From the IMG/VR virus record IMGVR_UViG_3300024262_000129, positions 1 to 34,278 of that record: 34,278 bases of DNA; one strand, given 5' to 3'. This DNA comes from a virus. Lineage: Duplodnaviria > Caudoviricetes. How positions within the stretch are numbered: position 1 is the stretch's first letter; each line of letters starts with the position of its first letter. This document shows, in pieces, positions 25,988 to 34,278 of this stretch. The notes below the pieces were generated by a model that worked only from the letters and a program-made list of their open reading frames with translations, made no database searches and had not been told where the DNA came from. The position numbers and the translations under genes were made by a program.

Positions 25988-27252
25988 CCAAACTGAATAA
26001 CGATATGGCTGCCGAAATCAAAGATCATATAGCTCGAAAGCAGCTAACGCAAAAGGAAATTGGTGCGAAGTTTGGCGTCAGCCGCTCTGTAATTTCTGAC
26101 ATTGCGTGTGGGCGTGTCCACAAGGATGTGAAACCCGCGATGGAAGCCAGCGAAGAGGAAGCCGAAATCTTCAAGCTTCAGTCGGAGGTTGCTCACTTAC
26201 GTGAGGAACGCAACCTTGCTAACCGACGTTTGAAGCAAGCCGCCAAGACGCAAGGCTTGTTCCAGGCAATCGCCGAAGAGATGGAAGCTAAGGTCACGCC
26301 TATGTCAGCGTTGCCTAAAGCCCGGCCAGTATTCGAGCCAACACACGACACCAAGAGCGAACATCTGGTGATGCATTTGTCGGATGGTCACTTCGATCAG
26401 GTAGTGACAAAAGATGACACGGGTGGGTTGGAGACGTATGATTTTCCAATCGCTATGGCACGTGCCGAGCGACTGGTAGATGCCACTCTTAAATGGACGC
26501 AGGAAACTCTTGCTCCTCAGTTCAAGTTCCCTTCGTTGACCATCCTGTCCTACGGCGACCACACGAGTGGTGAGATCCATGGCGCGGCTCAACGGTCGTA
26601 TTTCCGCAACATGTTCAAGAACTGTCATGCCATCGGCCAGCTTCAAGCCCTGATGATCCGTGACTTGGCTCCTCATTTCGAGCAAGTCAACGTGGTGTGT
26701 GTCCCTGGTAATCATGGGCGTCGAAGCCAGAAGAAAGATTACAATGGACCTCACGACAACTGGGATTATCTGGTGGCCTTGACCGCCAAGCTATATTGTA
26801 AGGATTTGGCCAACACCAATTTCTGCATTCCAAATTCTTTCAGTTGCAACGTTGATATTGACGGTGTTGGCTTTCAGATTTTCCACGGTGACGATGTAAA
26901 GTCACAACTTGGCATCCCCTGGTACGGACTGGAAAAGAGGCGGCATCGAATGATGGCGTTGGAGAATGTTCGACAAGGCATCCCAGTACGCTACTACTGT
27001 TGTGGTCACTTCCATCGTCCCGGTAGCACCACCGAGGTCAATGGTGAGATGCTCATCAATGGTGCGTGGCCCGCGAGCGATGCATACAGTTACAACGCCT
27101 TTGGTGGCTTTACTGAACCCTCCCAGTTGATCCATGGGGTCAATAAAAAATACGGAATAACTTGGAGACTTCCGGTCAAAATCCGCTGCGACTATGAAGG
27201 TCGTGGACCACGACGGTATAAACTTGCAGACATGGATGATGTATCTATTTAA
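25984..27252 (+). CDS. HTH / coiled-coil / calcineurin-like metallophosphoesterase
   Basis: HTH LTQKEIGAKFGVSRSVISDI; motifs SDGH, GD, GNHG, HGD, GHFH. Confidence 0.85.
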   Translation: MTKLNNDMAAEIKDHIARKQLTQKEIGAKFGVSRSVISDIACGRVHKDVKPAMEASEEEAEIFKLQSEVAHLREERNLANRRLKQAAKTQGLFQAIAEEMEAKVTPMSALPKARPVFEPTHDTKSEHLVMHLSDGHFDQVVTKDDTGGLETYDFPIAMARAERLVDATLKWTQETLAPQFKFPSLTILSYGDHTSGEIHGAAQRSYFRNMFKNCHAIGQLQALMIRDLAPHFEQVNVVCVPGNHGRRSQKKDYNGPHDNWDYLVALTAKLYCKDLANTNFCIPNSFSCNVDIDGVGFQIFHGDDVKSQLGIPWYGLEKRRHRMMALENVRQGIPVRYYCCGHFHRPGSTTEVNGEMLINGAWPASDAYSYNAFGGFTEPSQLIHGVNKKYGITWRLPVKIRCDYEGRGPRRYKLADMDDVSI

Positions 27253-27276
27253 TTTAACCCTTTGGAGATTTGAATT

Positions 27277-28002
27277 ATGGCTGGAGCCATCGCAACCCTT
27301 ATCACTTCCTCGGTCGCTGTCCCGAAAACAGCCACCGGACTCCGAGCACAGAACCGACACGCCTACGCTGAACTGGAGCAGCTACAGGCAGTAGGAGATC
27401 CCGCTTTGGCGTCTCCTTACTTGAAGGCTAGTGCTGTTTCCACCGTCGCCGACAACGGCGGTGGATCTGGAAACCTTACGATCACTATTAACTTCCCTAA
27501 ACAGGGTGTCGCAGTGACCACCGGCAACATCGCCTATGATGCTGCTGCCGCTGCCATCCAGACAGCAATCGACAATGCTTTGGCCACCAAGGTTATCCTG
27601 GCCACTTACGTCGCTGGCGACGTTGATGCCGGAGCATGTGTGGACTTCTCGTCTGCTACCTGTGCAATCACTGCAAACGGCACAACCGTTAATGGTGCCT
27701 ACATGGTTGTCACGACTGCCAACGCAGGCGACTTGAGCGTCAACGCTCCCGCCGTGACTGAGACCACTGTTGGTACTCAGAACCGTCCTGCTCAAGCCCT
27801 TTTGGATGTCTACGGGGTTTTCTCTCCTGCTTCCACTGTCACTCCTCAGAGTGGTGCCACTCCTGCGGACGCCGACTATGCTGACGGAGCTAATCCTATG
27901 TCTCTCAGCCCTGGTCTGATCGACCTGTTGGTGTCAGAGGTGCAGGCCAACGAAGATGTGGCAATCGGAAAATATCTCCGATCGAAGATCGGCTGCGTCT
28001 GA
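27277..28002 (+). CDS. Ala/Thr/Gly-rich virion-like structural protein
   Basis: GGAGA RBS and its own terminator. TTGNIAYDAAAAAIQTAIDNAL resembles a motif common in phage structural proteins. Confidence 0.5.
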   Translation: MAGAIATLITSSVAVPKTATGLRAQNRHAYAELEQLQAVGDPALASPYLKASAVSTVADNGGGSGNLTITINFPKQGVAVTTGNIAYDAAAAAIQTAIDNALATKVILATYVAGDVDAGACVDFSSATCAITANGTTVNGAYMVVTTANAGDLSVNAPAVTETTVGTQNRPAQALLDVYGVFSPASTVTPQSGATPADADYADGANPMSLSPGLIDLLVSEVQANEDVAIGKYLRSKIGCV

Positions 28003-28012
28003 TGAACTACTT

Positions 28013-28047
28013 GGTGACAACTCCAGCGATGGGGTTGCCACCTTTTT
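28013..28047 (+). terminator. Rho-independent terminator
   Basis: GGTGACAACTCCA-GCGA-TGGGGTTGCCACC then TTTTTATATTTT; GNRA loop. Confidence 0.85.
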
Positions 28048-28057
28048 ATATTTTCAC

Positions 28058-28086
28058 TTGACAATATTCAGATGGCATGGTATACT
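28058..28086 (+). promoter_or_regulatory. sigma70-type promoter (extended -10)
   Basis: TTGACA-17 nt-TATACT with TG-n extension; ATG begins 7 nt after the -10 box. Confidence 0.8.
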
Positions 28087-28092
28087 TTAGAT

Positions 28093-28560
28093 ATGAGAGC
28101 TTTGTACTTTATCCCTCTTCTGCTTTTGGTAATACTTGCATTAAAAGAGGAGTCTGAACCACACAAGATTAGGAGAGCGTTTATTGAGGCCGCTCAAGAC
28201 GCAGACGCTCATGTGTGCGAGTCGAATCCTAACCTGATCCTGAAGATAGAAGCGCAGAAGCAAGCAGAATTACAGGCCAAGCTTGACGTGCAAGGTCATC
28301 AAAGATGGTCCAAACGATACAAGTATCTTCAACATAAACTAGGTAACGAATTCACATTCAGCGAGATATGTGCGGAGACATGGAAGAGGCAAGCAGACTG
28401 CACCCCATTGGAGATCGCCACTGAGTTCTTTCATTGTTGGAAGCAATCACCCGGACACTGGAAGACAGCCAAAGCTGCACACCACTATTATGGCTGTGGG
28501 ATGGCACAAGGAAAGAGCGGAGTTTGGTACGGTTGTATAATCGTGGCAGATAAGAAATAA
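28093..28560 (+). CDS. Exported CAP (SCP/PR-1) domain protein
   Basis: Hydrophobic N-terminus; EICA, WKQSPGH, GCGMAQG...WYGC. Confidence 0.8.
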   Translation: MRALYFIPLLLLVILALKEESEPHKIRRAFIEAAQDADAHVCESNPNLILKIEAQKQAELQAKLDVQGHQRWSKRYKYLQHKLGNEFTFSEICAETWKRQADCTPLEIATEFFHCWKQSPGHWKTAKAAHHYYGCGMAQGKSGVWYGCIIVADKK

Positions 28561-28564
28561 TAAT

Positions 28565-28593
28565 TTGACAACCTTCCTTTTATGTGGTATACT
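28565..28593 (+). promoter_or_regulatory. sigma70-type promoter (extended -10)
   Basis: TTGACA-17 nt-TATACT with TG-n; ATG at 28599. Confidence 0.8.
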
Positions 28594-28598
28594 TTAAT

Positions 28599-28934
28599 AT
28601 GAACAACGTACACACAACACTTGACGGAATCCAAAAGAAGCTTCAGCAGCAATCGTTCGACGTCTCGGTGCTGGCCCTATGGTCACACGCCAAGGCAACA
28701 ACAGGACTCACGGAAGACGACATTCGAGCGTTCACCTTCCGCCCTGAGTTTCTTACTCCTGAAGAGGCCAAGAAGAACAAGGACGCCAAGTTCGCGACGA
28801 AGCCACCCGTTTACTGCGACAAGAATTGGCACAATGCTCTTCGACTTCATGACGAGAGTTTGGTTCCCATGCCCGGTATCACACGTCCTACCCCACCGGC
28901 TTGGATTGGTACATCGGTAGGAGGGAGAATATAA
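28599..28934 (+). CDS. Hypothetical protein
   Basis: 111 aa from ATG 28599, TAATG-coupled to the next gene. Confidence 0.6.
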   Translation: MNNVHTTLDGIQKKLQQQSFDVSVLALWSHAKATTGLTEDDIRAFTFRPEFLTPEEAKKNKDAKFATKPPVYCDKNWHNALRLHDESLVPMPGITRPTPPAWIGTSVGGRI

Positions 28935-29254
28935 TGAGTTTAGACACCCAGCACATCCTGCTAGCCTCTCTGTATATTGGCTTCCTCTGTGCGATGGTTA
29001 TTGCGTCGGTAGTGGCTTTGTCTCATGCGGCGGATAAGGTACTACAAAGAAAGTCCTTCACACAGACAGCAGTTTGGCTATCGTTGATCCCAATTATAAT
29101 CACTGTGATGCTGTTCACCTTGTCTTACGGATACCTGAAACATGAAGAACTACAAAAACGAGTTGACAACAACGGTGACATTCGCTTTACTGTGTCTGAT
29201 GACGGCATTGACATTTGGTTCCGAAAACGACCAACCAAAACCCCAGTGCGTTAG
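28934..29254 (+). CDS. Membrane protein, two transmembrane helices
   Basis: GGAGA RBS; hydrophobic segments ILLASLYIGFLCAMVIASVVAL and AVWLSLIPIIITVMLFTLSYGYL. Confidence 0.65.
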   Translation: MSLDTQHILLASLYIGFLCAMVIASVVALSHAADKVLQRKSFTQTAVWLSLIPIIITVMLFTLSYGYLKHEELQKRVDNNGDIRFTVSDDGIDIWFRKRPTKTPVR

Positions 29255-29786
29255 AGTCTATGTCGAAGACAGAGGCCCAACTAATAGTGCTGGCAGCGGC
29301 ACATACATCACCCCGCTCTTGATCGCCACTTGCAACCACGTTGTATCAGATCGCAAGGAAGATAGGTGCGAGGTGGTGTTCCCCAACCAGGAACGCATCC
29401 AGGCCAGCGTCATAAAGACCAGCAAGTCACCTGATGTGGCAATACTCAAACTAGACCGTGCTCCTAAAGGAGTCAAGCCAATTGCTTCGGCCTCTTTAGT
29501 TGAGGGGCAAGCTCTGGAAATCCAGGGCTATGGCAAAGGAGATTGGAAGTCACAAAGCGGAACATTGAGCGACACGAAATATGGAGATGGAGTTCGGGAA
29601 GTCAGCGGAGCGAGAGCACGAAGCGGAGACTCAGGTGGACCGGTACTTGACAAGCAGGGAAGCTACATTGGAACCCTCTGGGGATCGAACAAGGCTGGCA
29701 CCTACTTCACGCCTGCTAAGTTAGTTTTCAAAATAGCAGAGATAGAAGCAGACAAGCCACACTACCCACAGCCAATCCTATATTGA
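29142..29786 (+). CDS. Exported trypsin-like (S1) serine protease
   Basis: Signal-like TFALLCLMTALTFG; catalytic triad TCNHVV, PDVAIL, GDSGGP. Start uncertain (113-nt overlap with the upstream gene). Confidence 0.88.
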   Translation: MKNYKNELTTTVTFALLCLMTALTFGSENDQPKPQCVRVYVEDRGPTNSAGSGTYITPLLIATCNHVVSDRKEDRCEVVFPNQERIQASVIKTSKSPDVAILKLDRAPKGVKPIASASLVEGQALEIQGYGKGDWKSQSGTLSDTKYGDGVREVSGARARSGDSGGPVLDKQGSYIGTLWGSNKAGTYFTPAKLVFKIAEIEADKPHYPQPILY

Positions 29787-29869
29787 TAGTTTATAGTTAC
29801 CCACACCAGCCCTGGCTACAAAGCCACGTGGATGAACTGAGACGCCGACACCCGGAAGCGTGAGATAGT

Positions 29870-30367
29870 ATGAAAGAAGTGTGGAAAGACATCCCTGGGT
29901 ACGAAGGCATGTACCAAGTGTCGAGCAGCGGGCGGGTGCGTTCGTTGGATCGTGTGCTAGAACACCCGCAAGGCGCAAAGAGATTAAAAGGTAAAGTGCT
30001 TAAACATTTCTTTAGTTCTTTCGGGTATCATCAAGTCGGCCTGTCAGGTAAAACTACCTCCGTGCATATACTTGTCGCAGCGGCGTTCCTTGGTCCCCGC
30101 TCTAAAGGGGCGGAAGTTAGACACGGTGCTAATGGCATAAATGACAACTCAATAAGCAATTTAAGTTATGGTACTCGACAACAAAACGCATTGGATCAGC
30201 GACGAGACGGTACTCACGGAGGCAGAGCAGTGAAACGAAGCGACGGAAAGGAATTTATTAACCTGTCCGTAGCAGCAGAAGAGACAAGGTGTTCACGACC
30301 AAATATAAATCATGTACTAGCGGGAAAACGAAACAAAGCCGGAGGTTTTAGCTGGTCCTATGCTTAG
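29870..30367 (+). CDS. Free-standing NUMOD4-HNH homing endonuclease with C-terminal DNA-binding motif
   Basis: WKDIPGYEGMYQVSSSGRVRS, VHILVAAAFLG, VRH...DNSISNLSYGT..QN, AGGFSWSY. Confidence 0.92.
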   Translation: MKEVWKDIPGYEGMYQVSSSGRVRSLDRVLEHPQGAKRLKGKVLKHFFSSFGYHQVGLSGKTTSVHILVAAAFLGPRSKGAEVRHGANGINDNSISNLSYGTRQQNALDQRRDGTHGGRAVKRSDGKEFINLSVAAEETRCSRPNINHVLAGKRNKAGGFSWSYA

Positions 30368-32951
30368 ATTCAGAAAAGACGCTTATTATATCGATTCAGA
30401 GACCGCAGGCTTTCATGGTCTCGCTACGCTCATTCAATGGGCCTACCAGGATGAGGATGTTCACCTGCACAACTTGTGGGACGTCCCGGTCCAAGAGACC
30501 CTCGATCTGATCGAGCGGTTCATGGGCTCGACTTGCGTGTTCTTCAATCTTACATACGACCATTTTCACCTTTGTAAAATCTACACTATGTGGAGCCTGC
30601 TTCCTCGCAATGCGATACCACACGAGATTCCTATGGATGTGTTGGTACAGGCTGAGAAGGACGCTCGCGATGGTCCTTGCCTCAAGCCCAAGGATGCCAT
30701 GTGTCTCATGATGCACAGCCGTAAGGGGCAGTTCCAGTCGCTTATGGCTCGTAATGATATCAAAGTCACCAAGGTTCCAACCTTGCTGGCACGGCCTCTC
30801 GCCGACCACCTGGAAGATTTGATAGAGTTCGACGGCATCTTGTTCGCTGGGCGTAAGAATCCCAACGCACCTAAGTGGGGAGTGTTCGACAGGATCAAGC
30901 GAGGCAAGGAAGACGCAGTCGATCCGAACTTCAAGGATGTGATACTGCGATTCAAGCCAGCCCGTGGGTTAAAATATCTTGCCCAACACTGTCTTGGCTT
31001 GGCTCCTGAATTTAATAGCTTCAAGGATGTGTACCCTGAGCGTCCACGTAAGATGGTGGAGTTGGGATACGCCCCGTTCGCTGCTGCCATTTCATCTGCT
31101 GAAGAGAACTGGGAAGTAAGAGACAAACAAGGAAAACTTAAAGGCCAAGCGTGGCCAGCACTAATTGAATATGACATTGAACATTGGAGAACGAATGAAG
31201 AGGCAAGACGATACGCAAGAGATGATGTTGTTTACACCCGGTTGCTTGATGAGTATTTCGGCTTCCCAAGTGCAGGTGACAACGATTCCGTGCTCTCATG
31301 CATGGTTGCCGCCGTCCGATGGCACGGCTTTACAATTGACACCGAAGAGGTTTCCGAACTATATGGAAAATCCCAGCAGGTGCTCAGGAAATCCCCAGTA
31401 AACATCAACAAGCCGACACAGGTCAAGAATTATATTCGCGAGGTGATGGACGAGAGCGAAGCCACCCTAATCGACAAGTCTACTAAGAAAGCCAACCTTG
31501 AAAAGATACGAGATGGATATGTCGTCGATCCAGATAGTGAAGATTTCGATGAAGAAATTGGAGGAGAGGTATGTGTACGTTGTCTTGGCGAAGGGACAGA
31601 AAATGATGGTGCTTGTCCTCGGTGCGAAGGTCGCGGCTTCCTTCCAGAAGGTCCGACCCTTGCCTCAGTCCGTGCTGGGGAGATCCTCAAATGCAAAGCA
31701 GCGGCTAAGGAAGTTGAACTCTATACCAAGCTACTTAAAGCTGGTCGCTTCCATGCAGCGTTCAAAGTCATTGGAACCTTATCCTCCCGTATGGCCGGAG
31801 GTGAAGGTCTCAACGCTCAGGGCATCAAGAACTCTGAGGAAGTGCGAACGGCGTTCCCTCTCAAGTGGGACGGGATGATCTTGTGTGGTGGTGACTTCGA
31901 TGGCTTCGAGGTGACGATTGCTGACGCTGTCTTCGCTGATGAGAAGCTGCACAAGAATTTGCTTGAAGGCATTTCGATTCATACAATGATGGCCGAGAAG
32001 ATTTACCCTGATAAGACCCGCGACGAGATCAAGGCATCAAAAGGGTATAAAGACGGTGGTGACGTTGACATGTACACTCGCGGTAAGCAGGCTGTGTTTG
32101 CTACGTTGTATGGTGGGGACGCCAACACGATCAACAAGAAGCTGTCGATCCCAAAGAAGATCGCCGAAAAGGCATTCGACGATTTCCAGAGTGAGTACCC
32201 CGGCATCAAGGAGACCCGCGACAAGATCGCCGAAGACTTCAGCGCCATGAAGCAGCACGGTGAGATCGGGACCGGCCATATCAGTTATAAAGAACCCGCC
32301 GAGTATATTGAAACCTTCCTCGGCTTTCGCCGTTACTTTACACTGGAGAATAGAATTGCAAAAGCCCTCTACGACCTCGCCAGAAACGTCCCCAAGCAAT
32401 GGAGAAAACTCCAATTCGAGGTGGTACGACGCGACCGCAAGCAGACACCAGCAGGGGCCGTTTCATCGGCTTTATATGGGGCTGCCTTTCAAATCCAAGC
32501 CTCAACCATCAGAGCCGCAAACAACCACCTCATCCAGTCCCCAGGAGCGATGATTACCAAGCAGTTGCAGCGGGACATATGGAACTTGCAGCCTGCGGGT
32601 GTAGGCGAGTGGATTGTGGCCCCGATCAACATCCACGACGAAGTCCTGTCTGTCACGAAGCCTGACCGAGTTGAAGATGTAACAGCCGTGACGGTCAAGA
32701 CCGTCGAGTCATTCCGGCCCCAGGTGCCGTTGATTGGAATGAAGTGGGTGAAGAGTATGGAGAACTGGGCAGGCAAGTCTGGTGAGGGTGAGAACCTGAA
32801 AGTTCATATCAGCCCGCACGGGATCGAAGGATGGAACGCCGACGACGAGGGGTGCTATGTCGAACCTATGGATATTACCGAATTAGAGGAATTGGATGAT
32901 CTTCCTGACCCCTGCCCTGACACAAGTTCACTTGAGGATTTAGTACGATAA
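30360..32951 (+). CDS. polA: Family A DNA polymerase with 3'-5' exonuclease domain
   Basis: Exo DSET / FNLTYD / YARDD; motif A DFDGFE, motif B GKQAVFATLYG, N.LIQ, motif C IHDE. Confidence 0.92.
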   Translation: MLRFRKDAYYIDSETAGFHGLATLIQWAYQDEDVHLHNLWDVPVQETLDLIERFMGSTCVFFNLTYDHFHLCKIYTMWSLLPRNAIPHEIPMDVLVQAEKDARDGPCLKPKDAMCLMMHSRKGQFQSLMARNDIKVTKVPTLLARPLADHLEDLIEFDGILFAGRKNPNAPKWGVFDRIKRGKEDAVDPNFKDVILRFKPARGLKYLAQHCLGLAPEFNSFKDVYPERPRKMVELGYAPFAAAISSAEENWEVRDKQGKLKGQAWPALIEYDIEHWRTNEEARRYARDDVVYTRLLDEYFGFPSAGDNDSVLSCMVAAVRWHGFTIDTEEVSELYGKSQQVLRKSPVNINKPTQVKNYIREVMDESEATLIDKSTKKANLEKIRDGYVVDPDSEDFDEEIGGEVCVRCLGEGTENDGACPRCEGRGFLPEGPTLASVRAGEILKCKAAAKEVELYTKLLKAGRFHAAFKVIGTLSSRMAGGEGLNAQGIKNSEEVRTAFPLKWDGMILCGGDFDGFEVTIADAVFADEKLHKNLLEGISIHTMMAEKIYPDKTRDEIKASKGYKDGGDVDMYTRGKQAVFATLYGGDANTINKKLSIPKKIAEKAFDDFQSEYPGIKETRDKIAEDFSAMKQHGEIGTGHISYKEPAEYIETFLGFRRYFTLENRIAKALYDLARNVPKQWRKLQFEVVRRDRKQTPAGAVSSALYGAAFQIQASTIRAANNHLIQSPGAMITKQLQRDIWNLQPAGVGEWIVAPINIHDEVLSVTKPDRVEDVTAVTVKTVESFRPQVPLIGMKWVKSMENWAGKSGEGENLKVHISPHGIEGWNADDEGCYVEPMDITELEELDDLPDPCPDTSSLEDLVR

Positions 32952-32956
32952 TTCAT

Positions 32957-32985
32957 TTGACTTTGACAGCAAAGTATGGTATAAT
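32957..32985 (+). promoter_or_regulatory. sigma70-type promoter
   Basis: TTGACT-17 nt-TATAAT with TG-n, followed by AGGAGA and ATG 33003. Confidence 0.8.
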
Positions 32986-33002
32986 TTAGATAGGAGAAAC
33001 GA

Positions 33003-33242
33003 ATGAAGATGTTTAGCGATTGTTCAGGACCGTGTGAAACTTGTGCCAACAGCGAAGGCTGCATGGCGGGTCACGGCGATGACGACTATGTGGAACGAAC
33101 ACCGGAGACAGAGGCACGGAAGAAACAGCGACAAGAAGAACTGGCTAAGCGAAGAGAACAAGAACAAAAAACAAGAACAAGAGAACAACATGAACCAGAG
33201 ACAACGCGATCACCTACAACAGATCATTTCCCTGCTGTCTGA
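33003..33242 (+). CDS. Small hypothetical protein, Cys/His N-terminus (CSGPCETC...C...H)
   Basis: Promoter and AGGAGA RBS upstream. Confidence 0.65.
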   Translation: MKMFSDCSGPCETCANSEGCMAGHGDDDYVERTPETEARKKQRQEELAKRREQEQKTRTREQHEPETTRSPTTDHFPAV

Positions 33243-33462
33243 TGGTCACGAAGATGTGACTGCTACAGCCAACGATCTGAACAACAGTATCCTTAAGTTG
33301 GACGTCCGCATCAAGGCAAAGCAAGCCCTCAATATGGATGTCCACGCTGTAGGACGACGCATAAAGCGACTGGATGCCTACCTGAAAGCACAAGGCAAAC
33401 GTATACAGCGGACGCGCGACGAGTTGAAAGAAATCGATAAGACCGTGACTATAACTTGGTAA
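33190..33462 (+). CDS. Coiled-coil hypothetical protein
   Basis: ATG 33190, heptad pattern; the upstream extension in the ORF track overlaps the previous gene. Confidence 0.55.
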   Translation: MNQRQRDHLQQIISLLSDGHEDVTATANDLNNSILKLDVRIKAKQALNMDVHAVGRRIKRLDAYLKAQGKRIQRTRDELKEIDKTVTITW

Positions 33463-33470
33463 TCTCACCC

Positions 33471-33542
33471 TGTACAGTAGCTCAATGGTAGAGCGCCTGA
33501 CTGTTAATCAGGTGGTTCCAGGTTCAAGTCCTGGCTGTACAG
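33471..33542 (+). tRNA. tRNA-Asn (GTT)
   Basis: Acceptor TGTACAG/CTGTACA, D arm GCTC/GAGC, anticodon arm CCTGA-CTGTTAA-TCAGG, T arm CCAGG-TTCAAGT-CCTGG, G73. Followed by CTA rather than CCA. Confidence 0.95.
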
Positions 33543-33563
33543 CTAACCCCTTGGAGAAATGAT

Positions 33564-33812
33564 ATGGGATGGGCTGGTGGAAGTAGATTGGCCGACGACG
33601 TTTGGGATGTGATACGTGACCTTATTCCAGATAGTAAACAAAGGGCACTAACTGCCCGAGAAATAATCAAGCTATTCGAGCATGAAGACTGCGACACGAT
33701 AGACGAAGCAGAGATCCTGTGTGAAGATGCTGGTAAGAAGCGGTGGCTTCGTGGTATGACCTGCGAAATCTTCGAAGCCCTTCCTGAGTACACGCCTTTA
33801 GAGGATATGTGA
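33564..33812 (+). CDS. Hypothetical phage protein
   Basis: GGAGA RBS; MGWAGGS...FEHEDCD. Confidence 0.7.
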   Translation: MGWAGGSRLADDVWDVIRDLIPDSKQRALTAREIIKLFEHEDCDTIDEAEILCEDAGKKRWLRGMTCEIFEALPEYTPLEDM

Positions 33813-34063
33813 TGAAATTTGCAGTAGCCTACATGAATGCTTTTGACAATGATCTCCAGATAACAGTTGTTGAGGCTGTTGACTGCATCAAAGGAATCAT
33901 TGAAGGTGCTCGTGTTCTCATGAAAGCCGATGACGCCGACGATTGGCTCGCTGATTTGTACAACACGGCAGTTGATACTACCGACAATCTTGACTCGGCC
34001 ATCGAATTTATTCAAGTTGAGTTTTTCAACTGTGATCTACACATCGCAATAAAGGTACTATGA
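33809..34063 (+). CDS. Acidic hypothetical protein
   Basis: GTGA/ATGA coupling on both sides; AGGA RBS. Confidence 0.65.
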   Translation: MMKFAVAYMNAFDNDLQITVVEAVDCIKGIIEGARVLMKADDADDWLADLYNTAVDTTDNLDSAIEFIQVEFFNCDLHIAIKVL

Positions 34064-34278
34064 TGCAACTTATAATTAAAGATGGCTTAGTAATTGCCAC
34101 CCACGAGGATTATCAAGACGTGGCGGATTTATACCCTGATACCGAGTGTGTATCTTGGGACGAGCTACCGATGCAAGGTCCATTCGACGACTTTCCTTAC
34201 GACCCTCGAACTGAGGAGCAGAAAAAGGAAGCATACAAGGATGCTCGTCGTATGTCTTACCCTCCAATATCCGATCAG
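34060..34278 (+). CDS. Hypothetical protein, 3'-truncated; possibly tail-fibre-assembly-like
   Basis: Open to the window end: MMQLIIKDGLVIATHE...AYKDARRMSYPPISDQ. The Y-x3-R-x3-YP-x-I-x-DQ pattern recurs in small phage fibre-associated proteins. Confidence 0.55.
   Translation, partial: MMQLIIKDGLVIATHEDYQDVADLYPDTECVSWDELPMQGPFDDFPYDPRTEEQKKEAYKDARRMSYPPISDQ

Noticed and set aside
29783-29863. Short ORF LIVYSYPHQPWLQSHVDELRRRHPEA in the -1 frame after the protease
   Set aside because: Only 26 codons, with no RBS or convincing slippery site. It may be a gene remnant cut by the HNH insertion, but this cannot be supported.
29787-30367. Group I intron around the HNH gene
   Set aside because: No interrupted host gene, only about 80 nt of flanking non-coding sequence, and no recognisable core elements; treated as free-standing.
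33150-33192. AAGAACAA-type short tandem repeats
   Set aside because: Degenerate low-complexity coding sequence (Glu/Gln/Lys/Arg-rich) with no regular spacers; not CRISPR or iterons.
1-34278. Numerous antisense and nested ORFs of 60-200 aa in the ORF track
   Set aside because: They shadow well-supported genes, and lack RBSs and recognisable motifs.

Overview
A 34.3-kb internal fragment of a tailed dsDNA bacteriophage genome with siphovirus-type tail genes, standard genetic code and near-continuous coding. 1-14.2 kb (+): tail morphogenesis module (tail tube C-terminus, tail assembly chaperone with a -1 frameshift extension missed by the ORF track, 1160-aa tape measure, paralogous lectin-like virion proteins, duplicated distal-tail-like domains, hub/tip protein, Cys-rich protein, SPFH protein). 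14.0-17.8 kb (-): DEDDh exonuclease, dATP/dGTP diphosphohydrolase-like protein and AEP primase-SF3 helicase. A bipartite inverted repeat at 17798-17948 separates this from a long (+) arm. That arm carries a ParB-like protein, a putative SSB, a degenerate ThyX-like protein, a SNF2-like helicase, a sugar C-methyltransferase, an HMW1C/NGT-like GT41 protein glycosyltransferase, an HTH-metallophosphoesterase, an orphan virion-like protein, a secreted CAP/trypsin-protease cassette with apparently leaderless sigma70 promoters, an HNH endonuclease, a family A DNA polymerase and tRNA-Asn. The best candidate for an undescribed system is a phage-encoded cytoplasmic protein N-glycosylation pathway (methylated NDP-sugar plus NGT), whose likely substrates are the Asn-rich virion proteins. 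All family calls come from reading motifs by eye; no database search was run.
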